A stretch of 14,849 bases of DNA from an uncultured Thermoplasmatales archaeon (GTDB taxonomy: Archaea; Thermoplasmatota; E2; DHVEG-1): positions 1 through 14,849 of the forward strand of contig CAYOTP010000045.1 of NCBI GenBank assembly GCA_964406955.1, written 5' to 3'. The notes beneath the pieces were generated by a model that saw nothing but the letters and a program-made list of their open reading frames with translations, was not told where the DNA came from and did not search any database. The position numbers and the translations under genes were made by a program. Positions within the stretch are counted from its first letter, which is position 1, and every line of letters begins with the position of its first letter. Below, in pieces: positions 8,488 through 14,849 of this stretch.

Positions 8488-9857
8488 AGTAACCCTCCAT
8501 CAATTTCATAGGGTTCATTAGCTGGATTCCAATCGAAATTCAACCAGGGAAACGTAGTATGAGTATTCAGATGACGGCGGGGAAAAAGGAATATTTCTCC
8601 ATGGATTGGTCTTGTCGAACCTATTTGCCAATCATCCCAGTAATTACCAGACCAATGATTAGATGTTGATACACCAATGATAGTAGTAAAAAATGCATCC
8701 CTATCGTTTCCTATGAAATTATTTTTATTAATGGTATTATCCTTTGAAAAATACAGCCAGATACCATAATAGTTGTTGTTTGTGATGGTATTTCCACTGA
8801 CTACATTGGTATTAGATGAAGAATACAGTCGCATGCCAATTTTGTTGTCTTTAATGATGTTCCCGGTGATAGTGTTATCCGATGAATCCAGCAGCAAAAT
8901 ACCAAAGCAGGTGTTGCTGATGGTGTTCCCGGTGATAGTGTTATCTGATGAATAGTGCTGTATCTTGATACCATGATTGAGGTTATTTATGATGATGTTC
9001 CCGGTGATGGTGTTATCTGATGAACTCCACAGTATGATACCATCCCAGTTATTGTTTATGATGGTGTTCCCGTTGATAGTGGTATCTGATGAAAATCCTA
9101 GTTGAATGCCCCTATCACCATCTGATAGGTTGAGGTCTTGTATGGTGAATCCAGTGCAATTCGCTAGAATAACCTGAGACGTATCACTGGGTACAACGAT
9201 ATCCTCAGCATTTTTATAATATCTAATAGGTCGACCATTCGCACTATTATTCTCTATGATATGACTATTCCATCTCTCCAAATGAAAGCCTTCGATTATT
9301 ATTCCATTTGAATTAAAAACATTGTTGTTGATGAGAAGATTACTAGAATGACTCACTCTGATGCCAACCCAGGAGTTGTTTGCGATGGTGTTCCCGGTGA
9401 TGATACTGTCCGATGAAGTATACAACCAGATACCGTGTACGTGGTTGTTAGTAATGATGTTCCCCCTGATGATGGAATCCGATGAAGACGACACTCTGAT
9501 GCCACGACCACCATTTTGTATGGTGAAGCCATTGATAGTGACCTGATTAGCATCAACACTTACCACGTTATCCCCATGCGGCCAGGATTGAAAATCACCG
9601 TCAATAATCGTCGTTTCCTTATCTTCACCCTGAAGAATTATTGACTTATTCACAATCAAATTTTCTTGATAGAACCCGCTGTACACAAACACGGTGTCAC
9701 CATCACTAGCGTTATCTATTGCATCCTGTATACGAGTAAAATCAGCTCCGCCACCCGCATCGACATAAATCGTGTTGTTCTCATTTATTGCAGTGGAAAA
9801 AGAAACAACGGGTAACAACAGCATCAAAAATAGTATGCATACAAATAGCTTTTTCAT
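8484..9857 (-). CDS. Secreted right-handed parallel beta-helix (PbH1/NosD-like) repeat protein, paralog C (457 aa from the ATG)
   Basis: The signal peptide is MKKLFVCILFLMLLLPVVSFSTA. It has the same cap, at least 10 PbH1-like 22-24 aa units (SSDNTITGNxIxNNxxxGIxL) and the tail NFDWNPANEPYEIDGGLL. The ATG at 9855-9857 is preceded by GGGAGA at 8 nt. The ORF track extends to an in-frame TTG at 9872. Confidence 0.88.
   Translation of the reverse strand: MKKLFVCILFLMLLLPVVSFSTAINENNTIYVDAGGGADFTRIQDAIDNASDGDTVFVYSGFYQENLIVNKSIILQGEDKETTIIDGDFQSWPHGDNVVSVDANQVTINGFTIQNGGRGIRVSSSSDSIIRGNIITNNHVHGIWLYTSSDSIITGNTIANNSWVGIRVSHSSNLLINNNVFNSNGIIIEGFHLERWNSHIIENNSANGRPIRYYKNAEDIVVPSDTSQVILANCTGFTIQDLNLSDGDRGIQLGFSSDTTINGNTIINNNWDGIILWSSSDNTITGNIIINNLNHGIKIQHYSSDNTITGNTISNTCFGILLLDSSDNTITGNIIKDNKIGMRLYSSSNTNVVSGNTITNNNYYGIWLYFSKDNTINKNNFIGNDRDAFFTTIIGVSTSNHWSGNYWDDWQIGSTRPIHGEIFLFPRRHLNTHTTFPWLNFDWNPANEPYEIDGGLL
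8859..9093 (-). repeat. Intragenic tandem repeat, period 66-72 nt, four copies, encoding consecutive PbH1 turns
   Basis: The plus-strand core gttcccggtgat(a/g)gtgttatc(c/t)gatgaa recurs at 8859, 8925 and 8997, with a degenerate copy at 9066. Related copies lie at 9390 and 9459. Confidence 0.85.
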
Positions 9858-9900
9858 ATAAAAATCTCCCAACTATGATATTATTCAATGTAAGGTATCA

Positions 9901-9915
9901 TATAATAACCTTTCG
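9901..9915 (-). promoter_or_regulatory. Putative BRE+TATA promoter of the four-gene secreted-protein operon
   Basis: Minus strand reads CGAAAGG-TTATTATA, about 45 nt upstream of the ATG at 9857. This would give a short leader containing the GGGAGA ribosome-binding site. Confidence 0.3.
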
Positions 9916-10184
9916 TAAAAAGATTTGTGCAAATGCCGATATTCATGGTTAAATCTTAATATTTTTTGATATAATGGTTATAATACTCGTGAACGAAAGT
10001 CATTTTTCACGTTTTAACCTTAATACTCAAAAAAATGTATCGTTCGCATACACGACTCATTTATAGTTGAAACTCAAATTAAAGAAGTATAAAAAGATAT
10101 ATTTTTATATACTTATTAAGAATTGTTTTTATGAAATGGTTTACCTAAATTTTTATATTTTCATTCTACATTTCGACTTACAAA

Positions 10185-10697
10185 ATGAGTTGGGAAAAAA
10201 TAGAGATCATCCGAAGTGCAAAACGGAAAAAAACAATACAAGCAAAAATCGTGGACAATGTTCTTCGTATTTATTTACCTGAAGGACTATCAGAAAAAAA
10301 GGAAGAAGAATGGATCAACAAATTAAAACAGCAGATAAAAAAGAAACAACGTAAACACAAATTGAACACTACCAATGAATTACAAAAAAGAGCTGAACGT
10401 ATCAATGAACGATATTTCAATGGATGCCTTGATTTTACTATTAATTTCGTGACCAATCAAAACACGAAATATGGAAGTTGCACTCCTGCTTCGAAAAGAA
10501 TCCGAATTTCAGATGACATTGCAGATTATCCACAATACGTTCAAGATTACCTCATCATGCATGAACTGACTCACCTTATCCATCCTAATCATTCTAACGC
10601 ATTTTGGGAAAAGGTAAACGATTATCCCTATGTTGAACGGGCAAAAGGATTCTTACATGCAACAAAATTTTTTGCAAAGAATAAGTTAACAGATTAG
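10185..10697 (+). CDS. DUF45/YgjP-like zinc metallohydrolase (M48-like HExxH fold)
   Basis: The N terminus IIRSAKRKKTIQAKIVDNVLRIYLPEGLS matches the family pattern (RSxRRKTxxIxV...vxxP). It also has YGSC, then DYLIMHELTHLIHPNHSNAFWEKV with the HExxH...H...FW arrangement. The stop is TAG. Confidence 0.8.
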   Translation: MSWEKIEIIRSAKRKKTIQAKIVDNVLRIYLPEGLSEKKEEEWINKLKQQIKKKQRKHKLNTTNELQKRAERINERYFNGCLDFTINFVTNQNTKYGSCTPASKRIRISDDIADYPQYVQDYLIMHELTHLIHPNHSNAFWEKVNDYPYVERAKGFLHATKFFAKNKLTD

Positions 10698-10706
10698 TTT
10701 TCATCT

Positions 10707-10742
10707 TTAGTTAGAACCCGCATTCCGCACGTTTCTAAGAAA
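10707..10742. repeat. IS terminal inverted repeat, left copy
   Basis: ttagttagaacccgcattccgcacgtttctaagaaa aligns with the reverse complement of 12591-12626 (ttaataagatcccactttccgcacatctttaaataa). About 26 of 36 positions match, with a shared core ttccgcac. Confidence 0.6.
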
Positions 10743-10936
10743 AACATCTCATTTTCTTAATTTCTTCCATCAACCAATGAAGAATTCATTGGCAAATCGT
10801 ATAACTCTCATGTCATACTGCCCTGCTATTCCTATGTTACATGTTCATCTCCACGTTACAGAGAGTGTCAACCCTTCTTTAAACTCCTAAAGCGACATTC
10901 AATCTCTCAACTGATCTTTCTTTCAGTTTTTACCGG

Positions 10937-12557
10937 TTAAACACCAATTCCATACACTGCCTCATACTCCTTTCCAAACAAAGACAACACTTTCCGCGGT
11001 GTATCCCGAATATTCATCACTTCCAACAAAACACCATCCTTATCATACAACACCGAGATTCCTTCAAACACTTGAAACATCCGTCGTATCGTTGGACGAT
11101 TCGTTGGTTTCCCTTTTTGATCAGGAACCGTCTCATGAACCTCCTTTAACATCATACGAAGTTTCCGTTCAGCAAGAGCATACACCAGAAGTCCTAATCC
11201 CATGATCATCACCATCGCCATAATCCGTTTCTCATTTTTCAGAAACAAGGAATGAGCGAAAAACAACAGATCCTTTAAGAAACGAAAGCCTCGTTCCACC
11301 TGTTGCTGATCCTTATACCCTTGAACAATATCCTCATCAGATAATTCTTTATCAAACACATTCGTCGCAATGATGAAACGACCTTTCCCGAGTAATTCCT
11401 GTTGAACCTTATCTTCATCCGCTTCTATTGTTGCATGAACAAAGAACACAGGTTTCAACGAATCTGTGTTCTTTGGTCGTCCACGACCACCAGACGTTTT
11501 CCGTTTCTTCACGGTTACCTTCACATCTTGTATGGTATGATACCGCCATTTCTTCTGCAGCTTTTGCAACGCCTGCACAGCATCTTTTTTACAATTGAAC
11601 CCTTGTTTGGATAAATGCCAGAGTTTCTTTTCTATCCGTTCCTTTTCCCGATTTATCCGTTTTTCTAATGTTTTCATTTCACGAGCATAGGCTTTCTCTG
11701 AAAAAACAAGGATCCATCGTTGCCGAATACCCGCATACATCATCTCTGTGCTAAACAAATGATACCCAGGCAAAAAGGTACTTTCTTTCAAATCCTCAGT
11801 TGTAATGGTGCTGATAAGTTCCTTAAGCATCAAGTAACGTCTCTGGAACACGAGAGATCCATCGAAGACCAGTTGGAACAGATAACAAATTCTTTTTCGT
11901 ATAAAACGCACTATCCCACACCCAAATACGATCCTCACTCCACACCTTTTGAACTGATGCAGCATAGGTTTTCGCTAAGGTTCGAAAATATGTTTTATCT
12001 GATGTGTTCCCACTTAATGTTTGAATGAACACGGGGAGATGACGTCCAGTGATCAATGAGACCACGAACTGTTTCAAATCCGGACGTTTATCCTTAGAAA
12101 ATCCATTGGTGATATAGATCGGAGCGGCATCAATATCACCCTCAACCGGGGTATATTCCCCTTGTAAGCTCATACTACTGGTATCACTATGATAAAAACG
12201 AGTGTCTCGTTCATAATGCTGAGCGTTGGCTGCCACTCGCATGAACGTTACTTCAAGACCTGAATCGTATAATTTATCTAAGGTTCGCCCGAGGCAGTTA
12301 TCATTGAAATCATCAGCATGTAATCCTTTTCCAATAAGCAACTCTACTGGTTTCGTTTGGAGGAACTCTGGGAAAAGATATAAGGGCCGATCAAAGAAAC
12401 CAAGGGTGTTCAACATCATGGCTTTCACAGCTTGACCGCAGGTTACTTTTTGCCGGGGGTCTATACCAATGATCTTGTTTATTTCTTCTTCCAGTTGGAT
12501 TTCGTTGCAGACTGCTGCAACGATCCCTAGGTGATCTAGGTTTTTACTTTGGTACAT
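10937..12557 (-). pseudogene. IS1634-family transposase, split into two overlapping ORFs by a 1-nt frameshift near 11823-11826
   Basis: The N-terminal ORF (ATG 12557 to TAA 11823) reads MYQSKNLDHLGIVAAVCNEIQLEEEINKIIG...WISRVPETLLDA*. The frame shifted forward by one nucleotide continues KELISTITTEDL...GRFIIATN...YKDQQQVERGFRFLK to the TAA at 10937. Removing one base at GCT-T-AAG restores a single ORF of about 540 aa. No A/T-rich slippery heptamer lies at the junction. Confidence 0.8.
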
Positions 12558-12590
12558 GCATCCATCCCAAAAATACAAAACTGGGATGAA

Positions 12591-12626
12591 TTATTTAAAG
12601 ATGTGCGGAAAGTGGGATCTTATTAA
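12591..12626. repeat. IS terminal inverted repeat, right copy
   Basis: See the left copy. This copy lies about 35 nt upstream of the transposase ATG on the minus strand. Confidence 0.6.
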
Positions 12627-12682
12627 TGAAATTATTCTTCTATCCTTCTTGAAATATCAAAAAATTATCTGATTAAAAAGAG

Positions 12683-12707
12683 AAAAGGAGATGGGTTATC
12701 TCCTTTT
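12683..12707 (-). terminator. Hairpin plus T-tract terminator downstream of the 12726..13043 ORF
   Basis: aaaaggagat-gggtt-atctcctttt forms a 10-bp stem. T-runs flank it on both strands, so it could act bidirectionally. It lies between the ORF stop (12726) and the IS end. Confidence 0.55.
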
Positions 12708-12725
12708 TTATGTCTATATTTTATA

Positions 12726-13043
12726 TTAATTTGCTGTATGTAATTTTACTCGTGCATCATTGTATATTTGAACCTGTAAACCAGTTAAATCATCATCAGC
12801 ATCTGAATCGACTCTGCCCTGCCAAGTTATATCAATGGAGCCATCGGAATCTAAGAAAACCATATCATGAAAGTTAGTATCTCCAGGTACATCATCGTCA
12901 TCATCAAGATCATATCCTTCGAATGCGCAGTAAATTTCCAAACCAGTGTCATCGATAAAATTACAGTATAAATATTTCTGTTGACTTTTTGTAATATCGT
13001 AGAAGTCGATAAACCACATATCGTAGTCATCATCCCATGCCAT
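12726..13043 (-). CDS. Highly acidic hypothetical protein, probably the C-terminal half of the upstream TAG-interrupted gene (G1/eqolisin-like peptidase fold, tentative)
   Basis: A 105-aa Asp-rich ORF lies in the same frame as 13095..13751. The 51 nt between them contain no further stop. It contains GDSI just upstream of its ATG and an AFEGYD...VP...F..V.F pattern. Confidence 0.6.
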   Translation of the reverse strand: MAWDDDYDMWFIDFYDITKSQQKYLYCNFIDDTGLEIYCAFEGYDLDDDDDVPGDTNFHDMVFLDSDGSIDITWQGRVDSDADDDLTGLQVQIYNDARVKLHTAN

Positions 13044-13094
13044 TATTCCTTTTATTGAATCGCCACTATCAACATTTATCGGAGTGGTATAGTA

Positions 13095-13751
13095 CTAGGT
13101 CGATGAGCTATACACACTCCATGCTCTACCTGTCCATCTTCCACTGTCTAATTGATTCCATTCCAAAACTGGCTGAATTATCCGATCTGCATCATCAGGC
13201 TGGATTCCATTGAATAAGAAATTAATCGCATCATCATTAGGATCTGGAGGACTGCTTGGTACTGTCCAATATGCATCAAACTGCCATAATTCATCCACCG
13301 ATAGATCTTGTGACCATTCGACCCAGCCATCATATGTTGGGATCGTTGGAAACTGAGATATTCTCTCATCATCAACGGTATCATGATCTATTACAGTTAA
13401 AATACAGTTATCCTTGTAATATGTTTTTACTATACCATCTTCTTCTATTAACATAGAGCCTGAAGGTACTTGATGCACATGTGTTACTGGAACCAATTTT
13501 CCAGATGGAACATGAATTATTTCCACTTTTGAATCATCATATATCGATATCAATTTGTTCCCAGAATATACAGACGTTATCCCATTTTCATGGACTATCT
13601 TTGATCCTTCCGGAATTACAAAAACGTCATCCCCTTTCATGGGACTCAATGGTTTATATATTATTTCTTTTTCTATAGTTGGCTCTGCAACAATGATTGT
13701 TGTGGCAACTGTGGTCAACAGCATCAACACTACAATTAGTTCTTTTCTCAT
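13095..13751 (-). CDS. Secreted hypothetical protein, the N-terminal half of a possible G1/eqolisin-like glutamic peptidase, ending at an in-frame TAG
   Basis: The ATG at 13749-13751 is preceded by GGTGGGG at 8 nt and gives the signal/anchor MRKELIVVLMLLTTVATTIIVAEP. A pro-region of about 120 aa follows, then YWTVPSSPP...FLFNGIQPDDADRIIQPVLEW. The ORF track's extension to 13937 has no RBS and overlaps the divergent gene. Confidence 0.65.
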   Translation of the reverse strand: MRKELIVVLMLLTTVATTIIVAEPTIEKEIIYKPLSPMKGDDVFVIPEGSKIVHENGITSVYSGNKLISIYDDSKVEIIHVPSGKLVPVTHVHQVPSGSMLIEEDGIVKTYYKDNCILTVIDHDTVDDERISQFPTIPTYDGWVEWSQDLSVDELWQFDAYWTVPSSPPDPNDDAINFLFNGIQPDDADRIIQPVLEWNQLDSGRWTGRAWSVYSSST

Positions 13752-13918
13752 TATTTCTTCCCCACCATTTTGGTTCTTAATTTTGGTAATTTTTAACAAA
13801 TGATTTATACTCTTTGGATGTAAAGTATATAGTTCCCTTAAATTTATATGGACTTTTTTTTGTAAAAAACCATACATATTAGAAAAGTTTATAAATAATA
13901 TCATTTCTATGATTAAAT

Positions 13919-14368
13919 ATGAACCATAAAAGAACATGTATAGTAATTTTGGTTATTGCATGTATAGCATCGGCCAGTGTTTTAACCATTATTGGTCTGA
14001 GTATGTTACCACAGGGAGAGAATAATGTCGAAAATAATCAATTGGAAAAACAATTCATCGGTAAATGGCTTTTAGAAAGTACCATTGATAAAATAGAGAA
14101 CGAAACGACTGATAACAACATAGGAAATGAATACGATATAGAATTTTTTACAAATGGGACCTGCAAACAATTAAACGATTTCGAAACTGATTCATGGATC
14201 TGGGATAACTGGACTATACGAGATGATTATATTGTTTTTGGTGAAAATCCACTTCCCTCAAATGGAGATGCTTTTATTCGAATATACTACAATTTTAGTG
14301 AGAACAATAACAGGTTATCCTTGTATCATGCTCATCTTATGGTTACAAAAAATTACATTAAAATCTGA
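13919..14368 (+). CDS. Small membrane-anchored hypothetical protein (possible lipocalin-like beta-barrel)
   Basis: The N-terminal hydrophobic helix is CIVILVIACIASASVLTIIGLSML. It is followed by an FIGKWLLES...W..DNW...D..V motif pattern, weakly reminiscent of lipocalin-like domains. The gene is divergent from the peptidase-like gene. Confidence 0.5.
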   Translation: MNHKRTCIVILVIACIASASVLTIIGLSMLPQGENNVENNQLEKQFIGKWLLESTIDKIENETTDNNIGNEYDIEFFTNGTCKQLNDFETDSWIWDNWTIRDDYIVFGENPLPSNGDAFIRIYYNFSENNNRLSLYHAHLMVTKNYIKI

Positions 14369-14375
14369 ATGAAAT

Positions 14376-14400
14376 GATACATTTTTTATGTATCTCTTTT
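14376..14400 (+). terminator. Hairpin plus T-rich tract after the 13919..14368 ORF
   Basis: gatacat-ttttt-atgtatc forms a 7-bp stem followed by tctttt, starting 8 nt after the TGA stop. Confidence 0.4.
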
Positions 14401-14429
14401 ATTTTAATCTTTTCGTATCCTGAATTTGA

Positions 14430-14849
14430 TTGCCATGGATAATTGTTGATGGCGATGATGAATCGCTCACTTTAATGAGACAAAGTGACACTGAAAGTTT
14501 TTATCGGATACTTAATCCTGAATGTGTATGTCCAGAATGTGTAAATAAAAAAGAGAATAACACAGACCATAAAGGAATTCTTCACGTAGATGGTTTTGTT
14601 GATTCCTTCTTCACGTATAATAGATTAAGAGAAGGTGATTATGCATCAAAAGAAGAGTCATTGAAAAACCATTTTATTTATTCAACCAATAAAAAAATTA
14701 GTGAAATACAAAAAAATGGAACTAAGGCTTATTTAGATAAAAAAATGTCAATTTATAATAAAATTAAGGATGAAAGTGGTGAAATAATTGCAAATATGTA
14801 TGCATCTCATATACCAAAATGGAATAATGTTATAAATGAATTTTTATAA
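14430..14849 (+). CDS. Hypothetical protein (no recognisable family)
   Basis: A 139-aa ORF ends with TAA at the window edge. The start is uncertain (TTG at 14430 or ATG at 14475). It contains a CVCPEC cluster. Composition is Lys/Asn-rich, typical of coding sequence in this AT-rich genome but also of chance ORFs. Confidence 0.4.
   Translation: MPWIIVDGDDESLTLMRQSDTESFYRILNPECVCPECVNKKENNTDHKGILHVDGFVDSFFTYNRLREGDYASKEESLKNHFIYSTNKKISEIQKNGTKAYLDKKMSIYNKIKDESGEIIANMYASHIPKWNNVINEFL

Larger units (their letters stand above)
10707..12626 (-). mobile_element. IS1634-family (IS4-like DDE) insertion sequence, about 1.9 kb, with a frameshifted transposase
   Basis: Imperfect terminal inverted repeats bound a transposase with the characteristic IS1634/DUF4277-type N terminus. 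The element looks more G+C-rich than its flanks. I could not identify target-site duplications, so the boundaries are approximate. Confidence 0.75.

Noticed and set aside
8773-9559. Plus-strand and off-frame ORFs of 60-68 aa within paralog C, and the idea that the 66-72 nt repeats might be a CRISPR-like array
   Set aside because: The repeats are in phase with the beta-helix reading frame and encode the PbH1 turn consensus. There is no repeat and unique-spacer alternation, and the small ORFs are repeat shadows.
9947-10035. Short direct repeat (aatcttaatat / aaccttaatac) and a 6-bp inverted repeat cgtgaa...ttcacg in the 312-nt intergenic region
   Set aside because: The matches are too short and too AT-rich to distinguish from chance. 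There is no covariation or conserved structure to support an ncRNA or operator. It is possibly regulatory but unsupported.
10067-10282. 71-aa plus-strand ORF in the AT-rich intergenic region overlapping the DUF45 start
   Set aside because: It is a low-complexity Lys/Ile/Phe/Tyr peptide from promoter-like AT-rich DNA, out of frame with the motif-supported DUF45 gene.
11820-11830. Programmed ribosomal frameshifting in the IS transposase
   Set aside because: The junction requires a shift forward by one nucleotide and lacks a slippery heptamer or an obvious stimulatory structure. IS1634-family transposases are, as far as I know, single-ORF enzymes. A simple indel is more parsimonious.
10999-12435. 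Plus-strand ORFs of 68-102 aa inside the IS
   Set aside because: They are antisense to the transposase frames and have no motifs. They are typical shadow ORFs in the slightly more GC-rich IS sequence.
13752-13937. 62-codon N-terminal extension of the 13095..13937 ORF
   Set aside because: The extension is AT-rich, lacks a ribosome-binding site and overlaps the start of the divergent 13919 gene. The internal ATG at 13751 has a GGTGGGG site and begins a typical signal peptide.

Overview
This is a low-GC window that looks archaeal. Supporting signs are a Mre11 with the GDLFH motif followed by Rad50, tRNA-Gln genes with an A1-U72 pair, TATA/BRE-like promoters and T-tract terminators. Left to right: (1) on the minus strand, tRNA-Gln(CUG), a bacterial-type glutaminyl-tRNA synthetase and tRNA-Gln(UUG), so the enzyme sits between both of its cognate isoacceptors. 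(2) A translationally coupled mre11-rad50 operon. (3) A four-gene minus-strand operon of signal-peptide proteins. Three are paralogous right-handed beta-helix (PbH1/NosD-like) proteins with near-identical 5' and 3' ends and divergent, repeat-rich middles; the fourth is a small beta-sandwich-like protein carrying the same signal-peptide cassette. (4) A stand-alone DUF45/YgjP-like HExxH metallohydrolase. (5) An IS1634-family insertion sequence, about 1.9 kb, with imperfect terminal inverted repeats and a transposase broken by a 1-nt frameshift. (6) A small accessory-looking cluster containing a secreted, very acidic protein whose reading frame is interrupted by a single in-frame TAG. The two halves together resemble a glutamic (G1/eqolisin-like) peptidase. 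Two uncharacterised small ORFs follow. No CRISPR array, rRNA or recognisable defence operon was seen. The most notable items are the glnS/tRNA-Gln module in an archaeal context, the mosaic beta-helix paralog array and the amber-split peptidase-like gene. All homology statements come from reading the translations and remembered family motifs, not from database searches.
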